In this document: piece by piece, positions 10,180 to 20,073 of the stretch
Numbering within the stretch: the first letter of the stretch is position 1
Layout of the letters: each line of letters opens with the position of its first letter
DNA from: Bacteroidales bacterium
Lineage (GTDB): Bacteria; Bacteroidota; Bacteroidia; Bacteroidales; UBA4417
DNA length: 60,769 nucleotides
Direction of reading: 5' to 3'
Assembly: GCA_038249705.1 (NCBI GenBank)
Contig: JBBSDC010000004.1
Coordinates: forward strand, 1-60,769
Made by a program: the position numbers and the translations under genes
The notes under the pieces: model-generated
What the model was told of the DNA's origin: nothing
Seen by the model: the letters and a program-made list of their open reading frames with translations, nothing else
The model's database searches: none

Positions 10180-10587
10180 TTAATTATAAACATACAAAAC
10201 GTCCCCATCATAGTTCCACCTGTATTGCATGAGTGTGTATGGCGATGGCCCTTCGTAAGGCGTACCGTCATAGAGGATAAATTTCGACATACAAACCGAA
10301 TCTACACATGTGCTGCCTGAAGGCTCAACTGAAACCCGGGCACCGGTTTTTTCCGGATCATAAGGGCAACAGCGTTCATATACAACAAACTGTTCGCGCA
10401 GGATACGGTATATCACAATTCCTCTGTATCCACCGTTTACATACCTGTAACCGCCAATCGGAATATAATCCATGGAATCAGGATACAATTGAAGGTTCAC
10501 GTAAACATAAGGTATCAAAGGTTGATTGTCCTTATCGCATCCAGGAACTACCAGCAAAAGAAGAATTATTAAAGCAAGGATACGCAT
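10180..10587 (-). CDS. Lipoprotein with Rieske-like fold lacking the His ligands
   Basis: Lipobox VPG/C; GGYRGIVIYR, YERCCPYD, CVDSVCMSKF, DGTPYEGPS..LMQY resemble the Rieske pattern. Confidence 0.65.
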   Translation of the reverse strand: MRILALIILLLLVVPGCDKDNQPLIPYVYVNLQLYPDSMDYIPIGGYRYVNGGYRGIVIYRILREQFVVYERCCPYDPEKTGARVSVEPSGSTCVDSVCMSKFILYDGTPYEGPSPYTLMQYRWNYDGDVLYVYN

Positions 10588-10741
10588 ATCAACAATTAAG
10601 GGGTGAAAATTTCGTTGTAAAAGTAATACTTACAATTTCAGAAACAACTGGTTGGAATTAAAATTGCGTTTGCTGCTTTTTTAAACAATCGCTTGAAACG
10701 AAATCTGATTTTTCACTTGCAAACAATACAACCTTTAAACA

Positions 10742-11041
10742 ATGATCATATCCACAAACAAAAACCGGGCTTTATTACTTGCCGCTTTTCTTATATGTTC
10801 AATAACCATTTTTACCGGTTCCGGATGTAGTATTTTACGAAAGGACAAACAAACTGTTGCCGACAAAAAGAAGGAAGAAGCTGATAAAAAGGCCAGCGCG
10901 GAATATGAGAAAGCACGTGTACAGTATCAGAAGCGACAAAATAAAGAAACAAAAAAGATGATGAAGAATACCCGCAAGAAAGCTGCCAAATACAATAAAC
11001 CGATGAAACGCAAAGGGCTTTTCAAAACCAAATGCGGTTAA
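10742..11041 (+). CDS. Small lysine-rich putative lipoprotein
   Basis: Hydrophobic leader then GSG/C; helical, very basic remainder. Confidence 0.6.
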   Translation: MIISTNKNRALLLAAFLICSITIFTGSGCSILRKDKQTVADKKKEEADKKASAEYEKARVQYQKRQNKETKKMMKNTRKKAAKYNKPMKRKGLFKTKCG

Positions 11042-11205
11042 CCATGTGAATTTTTCATTAATACGATCTACTTTATACTATTAAATCACTCTCTTTTTCA
11101 ACCTAGCAGTCCGTTAATAATTTCTAATAGTCTCATTATCTATAATATATAAAATAAGGTCTTTGCGTAATATTAGGCTGATAATTGCTACTTATTGTTT
11201 CGCGA

Positions 11206-11254
11206 CACTTCGACAAGCACTTCGACAGGCTCAGTGTGGCACTCAGTGCATCGC
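11206..11254. repeat. Nested pair of CTTCGAC-nnn-CTCAG REP-like elements
   Basis: CACTTCGACAAG [CACTTCGACAGGCTCAGTGTGGCA] CTCAGTGCATCGC; related copy at 57905. Confidence 0.75.
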
Positions 11255-11416
11255 TTTGCGATAAATAAAAATAACGGAGTATTGTTAAACTAAAAAAATA
11301 ATAGGCTACCACTCTCAAAAAACTTCAAAGTTGAGTTGAGTTTTCGCTCAATATTCATATTAGTATCAGTCAATAATATTTGTACTTTTACACAAATAAT
11401 TTACAGGTAATCAGCG

Positions 11417-11878
11417 ATGGAAGACTATTATTATATATTAATAGGTATAGCCTGGGTAGCCTACTCAATTTATACCAACAGGCAGAAAGCTCTGAAAAAA
11501 CAAGCTCAGGCACGCCCGGAAGGCGGTCCATCCCAATCTACTCGATTGCCAGGTAGTGGTGGTAAAACTTTGTTCGAAGACATTTTTCGTGAGTTAACAG
11601 GCGAACTTGCGCCTGCCCCTCCTGTTACCCAACCAGCCAGGCCTTCCGAATATCAGCCCCGTGATGAATTTTTCGAAACAGCGGAAACTCGTAAAAGATC
11701 GCCAAACTGGCAACCCATTCAGGAAACGGCTACTAATTTTCCTGCAAAAGAGCCGAAAACTTATGTTCAAACACATCCAATTCGTAAGCAAGTAACAAAA
11801 AATGAAAGCCTTGCAAGAAAATTTAACCTTCGCGAAGCAGTCATTTTCAGTGAATTACTGAATCGAAAATACTTTTAA
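11417..11878 (+). CDS. Hypothetical protein with N-terminal membrane anchor
   Basis: N-terminal TM helix, Pro-rich linker, ordered C-terminal motif LREAVIFSELLNRKYF. Confidence 0.7.
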   Translation: MEDYYYILIGIAWVAYSIYTNRQKALKKQAQARPEGGPSQSTRLPGSGGKTLFEDIFRELTGELAPAPPVTQPARPSEYQPRDEFFETAETRKRSPNWQPIQETATNFPAKEPKTYVQTHPIRKQVTKNESLARKFNLREAVIFSELLNRKYF

Positions 11879-11997
11879 GCAGGAACTTTTTGCTTTTAGG
11901 GTATCTTTTGTTAACAGAAGTTAAAAAACTTTTTACCTTTACACGCTTTTTAGAAGGTAGGATATCACTATTTACAGCAACATAACAACAAATCTTT

Positions 11998-14900
11998 ATG
12001 GTAAGAAAATTACTCTTTCTCCTCGTTTTGCTTTTGGCAGCAAACGCAGCATTATTAGCCCAATCGGGAGCGCTGCAGGGCAAAGTTATCGACAAGACAA
12101 CCAGAGAGCCAATCCCTTTCACTAACATCATTATCGAAAACAAAGGGACACAGGCAGGCGGTACAGCTTCTGACATCGATGGCAAGTACACACTTAAGCC
12201 GATTACTCCGGGTACCTATGATGTTAAAGCATCGTTCCTTGGATACAAACCGGTTCAGATTACAGGTATACCTGTCCGTTCCGGTACTATCGAATACCTG
12301 GATATTGAGCTGGAATCAACAGCTGTGCAGGTTGAAGGGGTAACTATTACCAAATACCGGATTCCTCTTATCGATAAAGATAAAACTCAATCAGGAGCTA
12401 CTGTAACTTCCGAAGAAATTTCAAAAATGCCTAACCGAAGTGCTGCGTCAGTTGCAACCAGTGTTGGAGGGGTTTTCTCCCGCGACGGAGAAGTAGGTAA
12501 CGTCCGCGGTCAGCGTACCGATGGTAACGTAACATATATTGACGGTATCAGGGTTCGCGGCACAGGGGGGCTTCCTGAATCAGCTATTGAGCAGGTTTCT
12601 GTAATCCTTGGCGGTGTTCCTGCACAATATGGCGATGCTACCGGAGGTATTATCAATATTACCACAAAAGGTCCTTCACGTGAGTTTGGTGGCGGACTTG
12701 AGCTGCAGACTTCACAATTCCTCGATCCTTTCGGAAGTCAGCGTGTAGGTCTTAATATGACTGGCCCGCTGTTTATGAATAAAGAAAAAACTGAGGCTTT
12801 GCTAGGGTACTTTGTAGCCGCCGATTTCAACTATCATAAGGACGGCGCAACATTACCACTTGGAATGTATAAGGTTAACGATGCCAAATTAGCCGAACTG
12901 GAGAAAAATCCTTTGCGTCCTTCAGGAACTGGATTCGGAACTTACCAGAATGCTGAATTTGTGCGTATGAGCGATCTTGAAGAGTTAAAATACACGCTTA
13001 ACACCACAGGTTACGATATTAGTGCTTCCGGAAAATTAGATGTAAAAACAGGCAGCAACACCAACCTTACATTCGGTGGTTCATATAATATGTACTCTGG
13101 CAATAACTACAGCTTTTTTAACTCAATGTTCAATTACAATCGTAATTCTTACTCCGAGGGTAATGAATGGCGTGTATTTGGTAGATTTACCCAACGTTTC
13201 CCTGCTTCAAAAGACGGTAATAACCTGATTAAAAATATTTACTACTCCATTCAGGCTGACTATACCAGCATTCAGAATAAAACTGAAGATCCTGAATTAA
13301 AGGATAACCTTTTTGCTTATGGCTATGTAGGAAGATTTGATACGTACAAAACAAAAGGATATGATGTGTCTTTTGACACAGCAGGCGGAGTTGGTATGTT
13401 TAATTTTAAAATGAACGGACTCGCCGATACTCTTGTTACCTATCAGAGGGCTGAATTTAACCCCGTGATAGCTAATTACACTTCAAACTATTATGATCTG
13501 TATCCAAATCCAAGGCAGAATGATGAAATTCGTCAGGGTGGCGGAATACTTAATGGTTATTCTCCCAATGGAGTTTTCGGAGGTGTTTACAGCTTATGGT
13601 CAGCCCCAGGCAGCCAGCAGGTTGGCACACAAAATAATCCATATGGCAAAAACTTCACTCAGCAGGTTACTGCCAATATGAATTTTTCGGCCGATATTGG
13701 AAATCACGAAATAAAACTGGGTTTCACTTTTGAGCGATACAGCCAGAGCAGTTATTCCTATTCACCAATTAATTTCTGGACACAGATGTCACAGCTGACC
13801 AATTTCCATATAAAACAGCTTGATTCAATAGGAAGTGTCACTACTGGCGATACTACTTTATTTGGCATTACTTCAGCCTATACAAAAACCGACTATAACA
13901 TGCTTTATGACGGCGAATCGCAGCGTACTTTCGATAAAAACCTGCGTGCAGCCATGGGATTGCCGGAAAAAGGAACGGAATGGATTGATGTAAATTCATA
14001 CGACATCAATTCAAATACCATTTCATACATCGATTACAACGCCGAAAGACACACTGTTAGTTTGAGCGAACCTTTATCCGTGAACTTTTTCAGCGCTGAC
14101 GAATTCCTGAACAACGGTAGCCAGAATGCATCTGCCAGGGGTTACGACTACTATGGAAATAAACTTTCGTCGAATCCAAGCACTATGGATTTCTTTAACG
14201 AGAAAGATGCAAATGGCGATTATACCCGTGCAATTGCTCCATTTCAGCCTGTTTACATGGCCGGTTATATTTCCGATAAATTTTCGTTCGACGACCTGGT
14301 TTTCAATGTTGGAGTCCGGGTTGACCGTTTTGATGCTAACCAAAGCGTTTTAGCCGATCCATATACGCTATATCCTGCTAAAACTGTAGCTGAGGTAAAA
14401 GATTTGGGCGAGCATCCTGCAAGTATAGGACAAGACTATATCGTGTATGTTGATAATGCTTCGAAAACGCCATCGCGTATAATGGGTTATCGCGACGGAA
14501 ACAATTGGTACGATGCAGAAGGTGCAATTCTACAGAATCCATCTATTCGTCTTGATGCCGGCAATGGTGTAATCCCTTTCCTTTCAGGAGATAAAGCTAT
14601 TTCGGATCAATCGTTTGCTGATTATGTTCCCCAGATATCAGTAATGCCACGTATTTCATTCTCATTCCCAATCTCTGATGAAGCTCTTTTCTATGCTCAT
14701 TATGATGTAATTACACAGAGGCCAAAACAATTCGCAGTGTTCAATCCTGCAAGCTACCTTTTCTGGGAAACAGAAGGAAATCCGACCATTTCAAATCCTA
14801 ACCTGAAACCTGAGAAAAATGTAAACTATGAATTAGGTTTCCAGCAGAAACTATCCAATTCATCATCAATCAATATTTCGGCTTTCTACATCGAATCGCG

Positions 14901-15693
14901 CGATCAGATACAGTCGTTCCGTTATACAAGTGCTTATCCGAAAACATATTATTCATTTAATAATATCGACTTTGGAACAGTAAAAGGTTTTACTGTAGCT
15001 TATGACCTTCGCCGTACAGGAAATGTACGTATCAGGGCAAACTATACATTACAGTTCGCCAACGGAACAGGATCGAACCCCGAAACATCAGCCGGTCTTA
15101 TCCGTTCCGGACAGCCTAACCTTCGTAACCTTATTCCACTGGATGCTGACCAACGTCACGCTATTCAAATGAATGTCGATTTCCGTTACGGTGAAGGAAC
15201 TGACTATAACGGACCAACAATTGGTATTATTCAGGTACTTAAAAATACCGGATTTAATATTACTATGAACGGTGGTTCAGGTACACCTTATACCCGTTCG
15301 AGCAAAATATCGAGCCTTGTTAATCCTGTTACCATCATACAGGGATCAATCAATGGATCAAGGTTACCATGGTCATTCAGGATGGATGGACGTTTGGATC
15401 GTGATATCACACTTTCTACCGGAAAAGATTCAGAAGGCAACAAAAAGAATTATTACCTGAATGTTTACTTACAGGTATTGAATATTCTTAATTCGCAAAA
15501 CATTATGGGTGTATATGCCGCAACCGGAAATCCTGACGACGACGGATACCTGGCAGCTGCTGAATATCAGTCGCAGATCAAATCACAACTTGATACACAA
15601 TCGTATATCGACATGTATAGCATAAGGGTTAATTCACCGTACAACTACAGTTCACCTCGTATGATCCGTATTGGTCTGGGGTTAAACTTCTAG
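11998..15693 (+). CDS. Large TonB-dependent-receptor-like outer-membrane protein with N-terminal carboxypeptidase-regulatory-like domain
   Basis: Signal peptide; GKVIDKTTREPIPFTNI..SDIDGKY..PGTYDVKASFLGY; plug motif VRGQR..YIDGI..AIEQVSVILGGVPAQYGDATGGIINITTK; NPNLKPEK; C-terminal PRMIRIGLGLNF. Confidence 0.88.
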   Translation: MVRKLLFLLVLLLAANAALLAQSGALQGKVIDKTTREPIPFTNIIIENKGTQAGGTASDIDGKYTLKPITPGTYDVKASFLGYKPVQITGIPVRSGTIEYLDIELESTAVQVEGVTITKYRIPLIDKDKTQSGATVTSEEISKMPNRSAASVATSVGGVFSRDGEVGNVRGQRTDGNVTYIDGIRVRGTGGLPESAIEQVSVILGGVPAQYGDATGGIINITTKGPSREFGGGLELQTSQFLDPFGSQRVGLNMTGPLFMNKEKTEALLGYFVAADFNYHKDGATLPLGMYKVNDAKLAELEKNPLRPSGTGFGTYQNAEFVRMSDLEELKYTLNTTGYDISASGKLDVKTGSNTNLTFGGSYNMYSGNNYSFFNSMFNYNRNSYSEGNEWRVFGRFTQRFPASKDGNNLIKNIYYSIQADYTSIQNKTEDPELKDNLFAYGYVGRFDTYKTKGYDVSFDTAGGVGMFNFKMNGLADTLVTYQRAEFNPVIANYTSNYYDLYPNPRQNDEIRQGGGILNGYSPNGVFGGVYSLWSAPGSQQVGTQNNPYGKNFTQQVTANMNFSADIGNHEIKLGFTFERYSQSSYSYSPINFWTQMSQLTNFHIKQLDSIGSVTTGDTTLFGITSAYTKTDYNMLYDGESQRTFDKNLRAAMGLPEKGTEWIDVNSYDINSNTISYIDYNAERHTVSLSEPLSVNFFSADEFLNNGSQNASARGYDYYGNKLSSNPSTMDFFNEKDANGDYTRAIAPFQPVYMAGYISDKFSFDDLVFNVGVRVDRFDANQSVLADPYTLYPAKTVAEVKDLGEHPASIGQDYIVYVDNASKTPSRIMGYRDGNNWYDAEGAILQNPSIRLDAGNGVIPFLSGDKAISDQSFADYVPQISVMPRISFSFPISDEALFYAHYDVITQRPKQFAVFNPASYLFWETEGNPTISNPNLKPEKNVNYELGFQQKLSNSSSINISAFYIESRDQIQSFRYTSAYPKTYYSFNNIDFGTVKGFTVAYDLRRTGNVRIRANYTLQFANGTGSNPETSAGLIRSGQPNLRNLIPLDADQRHAIQMNVDFRYGEGTDYNGPTIGIIQVLKNTGFNITMNGGSGTPYTRSSKISSLVNPVTIIQGSINGSRLPWSFRMDGRLDRDITLSTGKDSEGNKKNYYLNVYLQVLNILNSQNIMGVYAATGNPDDDGYLAAAEYQSQIKSQLDTQSYIDMYSIRVNSPYNYSSPRMIRIGLGLNF

Positions 15694-15736
15694 TCGATAT
15701 TCATTGCAGTATAGAAACGAAAAACAAACAAGTACT

Positions 15737-18700
15737 ATGAAAAATATACTCCTTATTATACCGGCGATTATACTGGGCTTTCTGCTATCGGTTAATACAA
15801 CCAGGGCGGAGCAAGTTCATTATAAATCAGGAACACCCACGGTTAAGCAAACTGCTGCCGGGTGTGCGCAAGGTGCTAACTTTAAATGGCTCGAGATAAA
15901 CAACGTTCGTACCCGTATTAATACCGGCGGCGATATGTGGTGGGATTTTGAAGTTGCCCAGTATGAAATACCCAAAGGTTCGAAAAAGATGTCGATGTTC
16001 GCAGCCGCACTCTGGATTGGCGGACTGGATGCGAATGGGCAGTTAAAGTTAGCAGCACATAGGTTTCGGCAAGGACCAAACAGCGGTTCTCCAGGCACCG
16101 GTGCAGATTTCTTCCCCGGACCACTTACTATTGACGGAACTGCTTCAATATCGCCAGAAGTATGTGCCGAAAATGATAAACTACATTATATTACCAGGGC
16201 CGAGGTTGATGATTTCCTTGCCTGGTTTAATGATAAACCCTCCTACCCTGATTACATTACACCTGCCTCTATTACCGAATATCCTGCTCATGGTAAAACA
16301 TCAGATCAAAGTTATTACCTGGCTCCTTTCTTTGACAGTGATGCATCAGGTGAAGCCCCGAACGGAGATTATGATCCGGAAAACGATGGCGACTATCCGT
16401 ATTATGACCTTTCCAATGAATTATGCGGAACCACATCGCCTACAGCTGAAGGAAACGGTAACCTGGTTGATCAGGTGCTTAAAGGGGATGCTACTTTATG
16501 GTGGGTATTTAATGACAAAGGAAACATTCACACCGAAACAAATGGTGAACCTATTGGTGTGGAAATCAGGGCTCAGGCATTCGGATTCTCGACCAACGAT
16601 GAAATTAATAACATGACTTTTTACAGTTATGAAATCATAAACCGTTCCACATACAGACTTACCCAGACCTATTTCAGCCAGTGGGTTGATACCGATCTTG
16701 GATTTGCAGGCGACGATTTTGTGGGCTGCGATGTAATGCGCGGATTAGGATATTGCTATAACGGAACTGCAGTTGACGGCAGCGGCCAGACTTTTGCATA
16801 TGGCAATCAGCCACCTGCTGTTGGTGTTGACTTCTTTCAGGGTCCATATATTGATGCTGATAAATCGAATGAGCTATACGGTGATAATCCCGGATTAGAA
16901 TCTGATGGCACATGGTTCCTGAAAGGCTCGCCTGATCAGGTTTATACAGGAAATGCACAACTTGTTCAGTGGGATGGTGACACAATTGCTAAAGTTGTAA
17001 GCCCCGGCGATACTATTTATTCCGTAGTTAACTCATCCGCTTTAAACGGTATAAATTTCGGAAACGGTGTTGAAGATGACGAACGTTTTGGGATGCGCAG
17101 GTTTGTATATCATAACAATGGCGGACCTTATTACATGCAAGATCCAAGCGTTGCCATTGATTACTATAACTTGTTACGTGGAATATGGAAAGACGGTACC
17201 AAGATGGTTTATGGTGGCAATGGTCACATTTCCGCTGGTGGTTATGGTCCCGAATGCGACTTTATGTTCCCTGGCGAAACTGATACTTATAATTGGGGAA
17301 CCAAAGGTGCTTTACCTAACGGACCCAAAAAATGGACCGAAGTTACAGCAGGAAATCCTCCTGATGACCGCCGCTTTATGCAATCAGCAGGACCTTTCGT
17401 ACTCGAATCCGGAGCTGTTAACTATATTACAGTCGGTATTCCTTGGGCACGCGCTTTATCCGGCGGACCAGAAGCTTCCGTTTTACTTTTAAAGCAGGTA
17501 GATGATAAATGTCAGCAACTGTTCGATAACTGTTTTAAAGTTATTACAGGGCCTAATGCCCCTGACCTTACCATCCGCGAACTGGATCAGGAACTTATTC
17601 TCTATATATCGAACCGCAAAACAAATGACGCCGGTAACAATTACCAGGAGCGTTACAATGAATACGATCCACGTATACAGGCAGCAGAAGGCGAAAGCTG
17701 GGATTCATTGTACCGTTTCGAAGGATACCAGATTTATCAGCTTAAATCATCAACTGTTTCGGTTGCTGATTTGAAGAACACCGAAGTTGCAAGACTCGTA
17801 TTTCAGACTGATGTTAAGAATAACGTTAGCCGCCTGATTAATTTCTATTACGATCAAAACCTTACCGGAAGTGTTCCAGTTGAAGAAGTTGTTGGAGCCA
17901 ACAAAGGAATATCTCACTCAATAAAAATGTCGAAAGATGCATTTACAGGTGAAGACCTTGTTAACCATAAGCAATACTATTACATTGCAATAGCTTACGC
18001 TCACAACAATTATAAGAACTATGTTCAAACTGAGGCTTCAGGACTCAATGGTCAGAAACTTCCTTACCTTGCCGGCCGCAAGAATATTAAGAGCTACACA
18101 GGTATTCCGCATATTCCTGTTGGATTAATTTCTGCCGGAAGTTCCTACAACGACGGATTGATTGTGACCCGCGTTTCCGGGCAGGGTAATGGAGGCAGGT
18201 TCCTCAATTTATCTGATGAATCTGTTGCTGAAATACTTTCGAAACCTATGGCTGATTCAGTTACCAATTTACCAGGTAGCCCTAATTATCCAATCGCTTA
18301 CAACCTTACATACAAAAAGGCACAGGGACCAATTGACGTAAAAGTTATAGATCCGCTGAATGTTAAAGATGCCAGTTATTCGGTTAAATTCGATTCGATG
18401 TACAACATCCGGGTAAAAGTAGGCGAACTAGATACAAACCTTTTGGTTTCGAACTGGAAATTGGTTGACAATTCCACAGGTCAGATTTATGAGTCGGATA
18501 CTTCAATAAATGTTAAAAACGAGCAGTTATTCCTCGATCTCGGTCTTTCAGTTACCATAGAACAAACTTTATATCCCGGCCCATATGTTGTTTCGAGGAA
18601 TATTGAAGGCACACAGGAATATGCTAATCAATTAGAAAACAACGGTGTACTGGGTGCTGCAATCGAATATCAGGATTCAACCCGTCAATGGCTGAATTTT

Positions 18701-20023
18701 GTGCCAGATATTGATGGAGTTCCTCTATTGGACTGGATAAAGTCAGGATTAGCTGAAACTGACTGGCAGAGTACTACTAAGAAATTTGACCCCGATGGAA
18801 ACTATGAAAAAATATTAAACGGTACCTGGACTCCTTATATCTTCGCACAGTCAAATGATACAATTTTTGGTATTGCACATCGCGAAACTCCGGCTAATGA
18901 TATATCAAAAACAAGAAACTATTCCTATGACTTAGCCAGTGTTGATATCGTGTTTACAGCTGACCGCTCGTTATGGACGCGTAGTGTTGTAATAGAAGAA
19001 TCAGCCGTTACAAATGATTCAGAAGGGAAAGCAAAAAGGCACGAAATAAGGAAAAGCCGCTCAGTGAATCAGGATGGCGACACTGCTGTAGTTAGCAGCG
19101 ACCCAGCCATGAATTCCGATTTCATCGCTCCTTATGGAATGGGCTGGTTCCCCGGATATGCCATCAATATTGAAACAGGCGAACGCCTTAATATCATGTT
19201 TGGCGAAGATTCGAGGCTGATTGAAGACAATGGCCGCGACATGTTGTTTAATCCATCATCAAGGATAATGACCAACACAGGGAAAACAATTATGGGTGGC
19301 AGACATTATATTTATGTAATGGCTCATACCGATAACAAAAAAGAATATGCTGACCTCGGAACGCCCGTTTTTCCAACCGATGTCTACGATAATCCGGCTT
19401 ATGATGGCGGTGCTCACTTTGTTAAAATAATGAGTATAAAAGGTTTAACAGTCAACACCAGAACTTTCCTTAAAGCTCTGCAATATTCAAATGTTATGTG
19501 GGTTGCTATTCCAATCGGTACATTTGAAAACCAGACACCATGGCTTGATAACGAAGTAAAAGTAAAACTCCGGATTTCGAAACCTTATAACAGGTATTAT
19601 GCAACCAAGTTAAACGGCCAGGAGAACACAAACAATTATTGGCCAATGTACAATTTCGAGACCAAAGGTGTTGCAACAAACACAAATGATGTTGTTAAAG
19701 CTGAAACTGATCTTGACCTGATAAATATTGTCCCCAATCCATACCGCGCTTACGCAAACTATGAGACTGATCAGCTTGATAACCGTGTTAAGATAGTTAA
19801 TCTGCCACAACGATGCAATGTGACTATTTATTCGACTAACGGAAGCATCATTCGGCAATATAATAAGGATGAAACCAAAACATACATTGACTGGGATCTT
19901 AAAAACTTTGCCGGTATTCCAATTGCCGGAGGTGTTTATATCATTCATGTAAAGAGTGACCAAGGTGAAAAGATTATCAAATGGTTTGGTTCAATGCGTC
20001 CTGTCGACCTTAACGCATTCTAA
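15737..20023 (+). CDS. Large secreted protein with T9SS/FlgD-Ig-like C-terminal sorting domain
   Basis: Signal peptide from MKNILL (ATG 15737); C-terminal INIVPNPY..NLPQRCNVTIYSTNGSIIR..WDLKNFAGIPIAGGVYIIHV. Confidence 0.8.
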   Translation: MKNILLIIPAIILGFLLSVNTTRAEQVHYKSGTPTVKQTAAGCAQGANFKWLEINNVRTRINTGGDMWWDFEVAQYEIPKGSKKMSMFAAALWIGGLDANGQLKLAAHRFRQGPNSGSPGTGADFFPGPLTIDGTASISPEVCAENDKLHYITRAEVDDFLAWFNDKPSYPDYITPASITEYPAHGKTSDQSYYLAPFFDSDASGEAPNGDYDPENDGDYPYYDLSNELCGTTSPTAEGNGNLVDQVLKGDATLWWVFNDKGNIHTETNGEPIGVEIRAQAFGFSTNDEINNMTFYSYEIINRSTYRLTQTYFSQWVDTDLGFAGDDFVGCDVMRGLGYCYNGTAVDGSGQTFAYGNQPPAVGVDFFQGPYIDADKSNELYGDNPGLESDGTWFLKGSPDQVYTGNAQLVQWDGDTIAKVVSPGDTIYSVVNSSALNGINFGNGVEDDERFGMRRFVYHNNGGPYYMQDPSVAIDYYNLLRGIWKDGTKMVYGGNGHISAGGYGPECDFMFPGETDTYNWGTKGALPNGPKKWTEVTAGNPPDDRRFMQSAGPFVLESGAVNYITVGIPWARALSGGPEASVLLLKQVDDKCQQLFDNCFKVITGPNAPDLTIRELDQELILYISNRKTNDAGNNYQERYNEYDPRIQAAEGESWDSLYRFEGYQIYQLKSSTVSVADLKNTEVARLVFQTDVKNNVSRLINFYYDQNLTGSVPVEEVVGANKGISHSIKMSKDAFTGEDLVNHKQYYYIAIAYAHNNYKNYVQTEASGLNGQKLPYLAGRKNIKSYTGIPHIPVGLISAGSSYNDGLIVTRVSGQGNGGRFLNLSDESVAEILSKPMADSVTNLPGSPNYPIAYNLTYKKAQGPIDVKVIDPLNVKDASYSVKFDSMYNIRVKVGELDTNLLVSNWKLVDNSTGQIYESDTSINVKNEQLFLDLGLSVTIEQTLYPGPYVVSRNIEGTQEYANQLENNGVLGAAIEYQDSTRQWLNFVPDIDGVPLLDWIKSGLAETDWQSTTKKFDPDGNYEKILNGTWTPYIFAQSNDTIFGIAHRETPANDISKTRNYSYDLASVDIVFTADRSLWTRSVVIEESAVTNDSEGKAKRHEIRKSRSVNQDGDTAVVSSDPAMNSDFIAPYGMGWFPGYAINIETGERLNIMFGEDSRLIEDNGRDMLFNPSSRIMTNTGKTIMGGRHYIYVMAHTDNKKEYADLGTPVFPTDVYDNPAYDGGAHFVKIMSIKGLTVNTRTFLKALQYSNVMWVAIPIGTFENQTPWLDNEVKVKLRISKPYNRYYATKLNGQENTNNYWPMYNFETKGVATNTNDVVKAETDLDLINIVPNPYRAYANYETDQLDNRVKIVNLPQRCNVTIYSTNGSIIRQYNKDETKTYIDWDLKNFAGIPIAGGVYIIHVKSDQGEKIIKWFGSMRPVDLNAF

Positions 20024-20073
20024 TTAATCAGGAGAAAACAGCAAATTAATCTCTAAAAAAACTGACTTAACAC

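Noticed and set aside
11998-20023. Classical SusC/SusD polysaccharide utilisation locus
   Set aside because: No SusC signature, the second gene lacks a lipobox and has a CTD, and there are no glycoside hydrolases or PUL regulator
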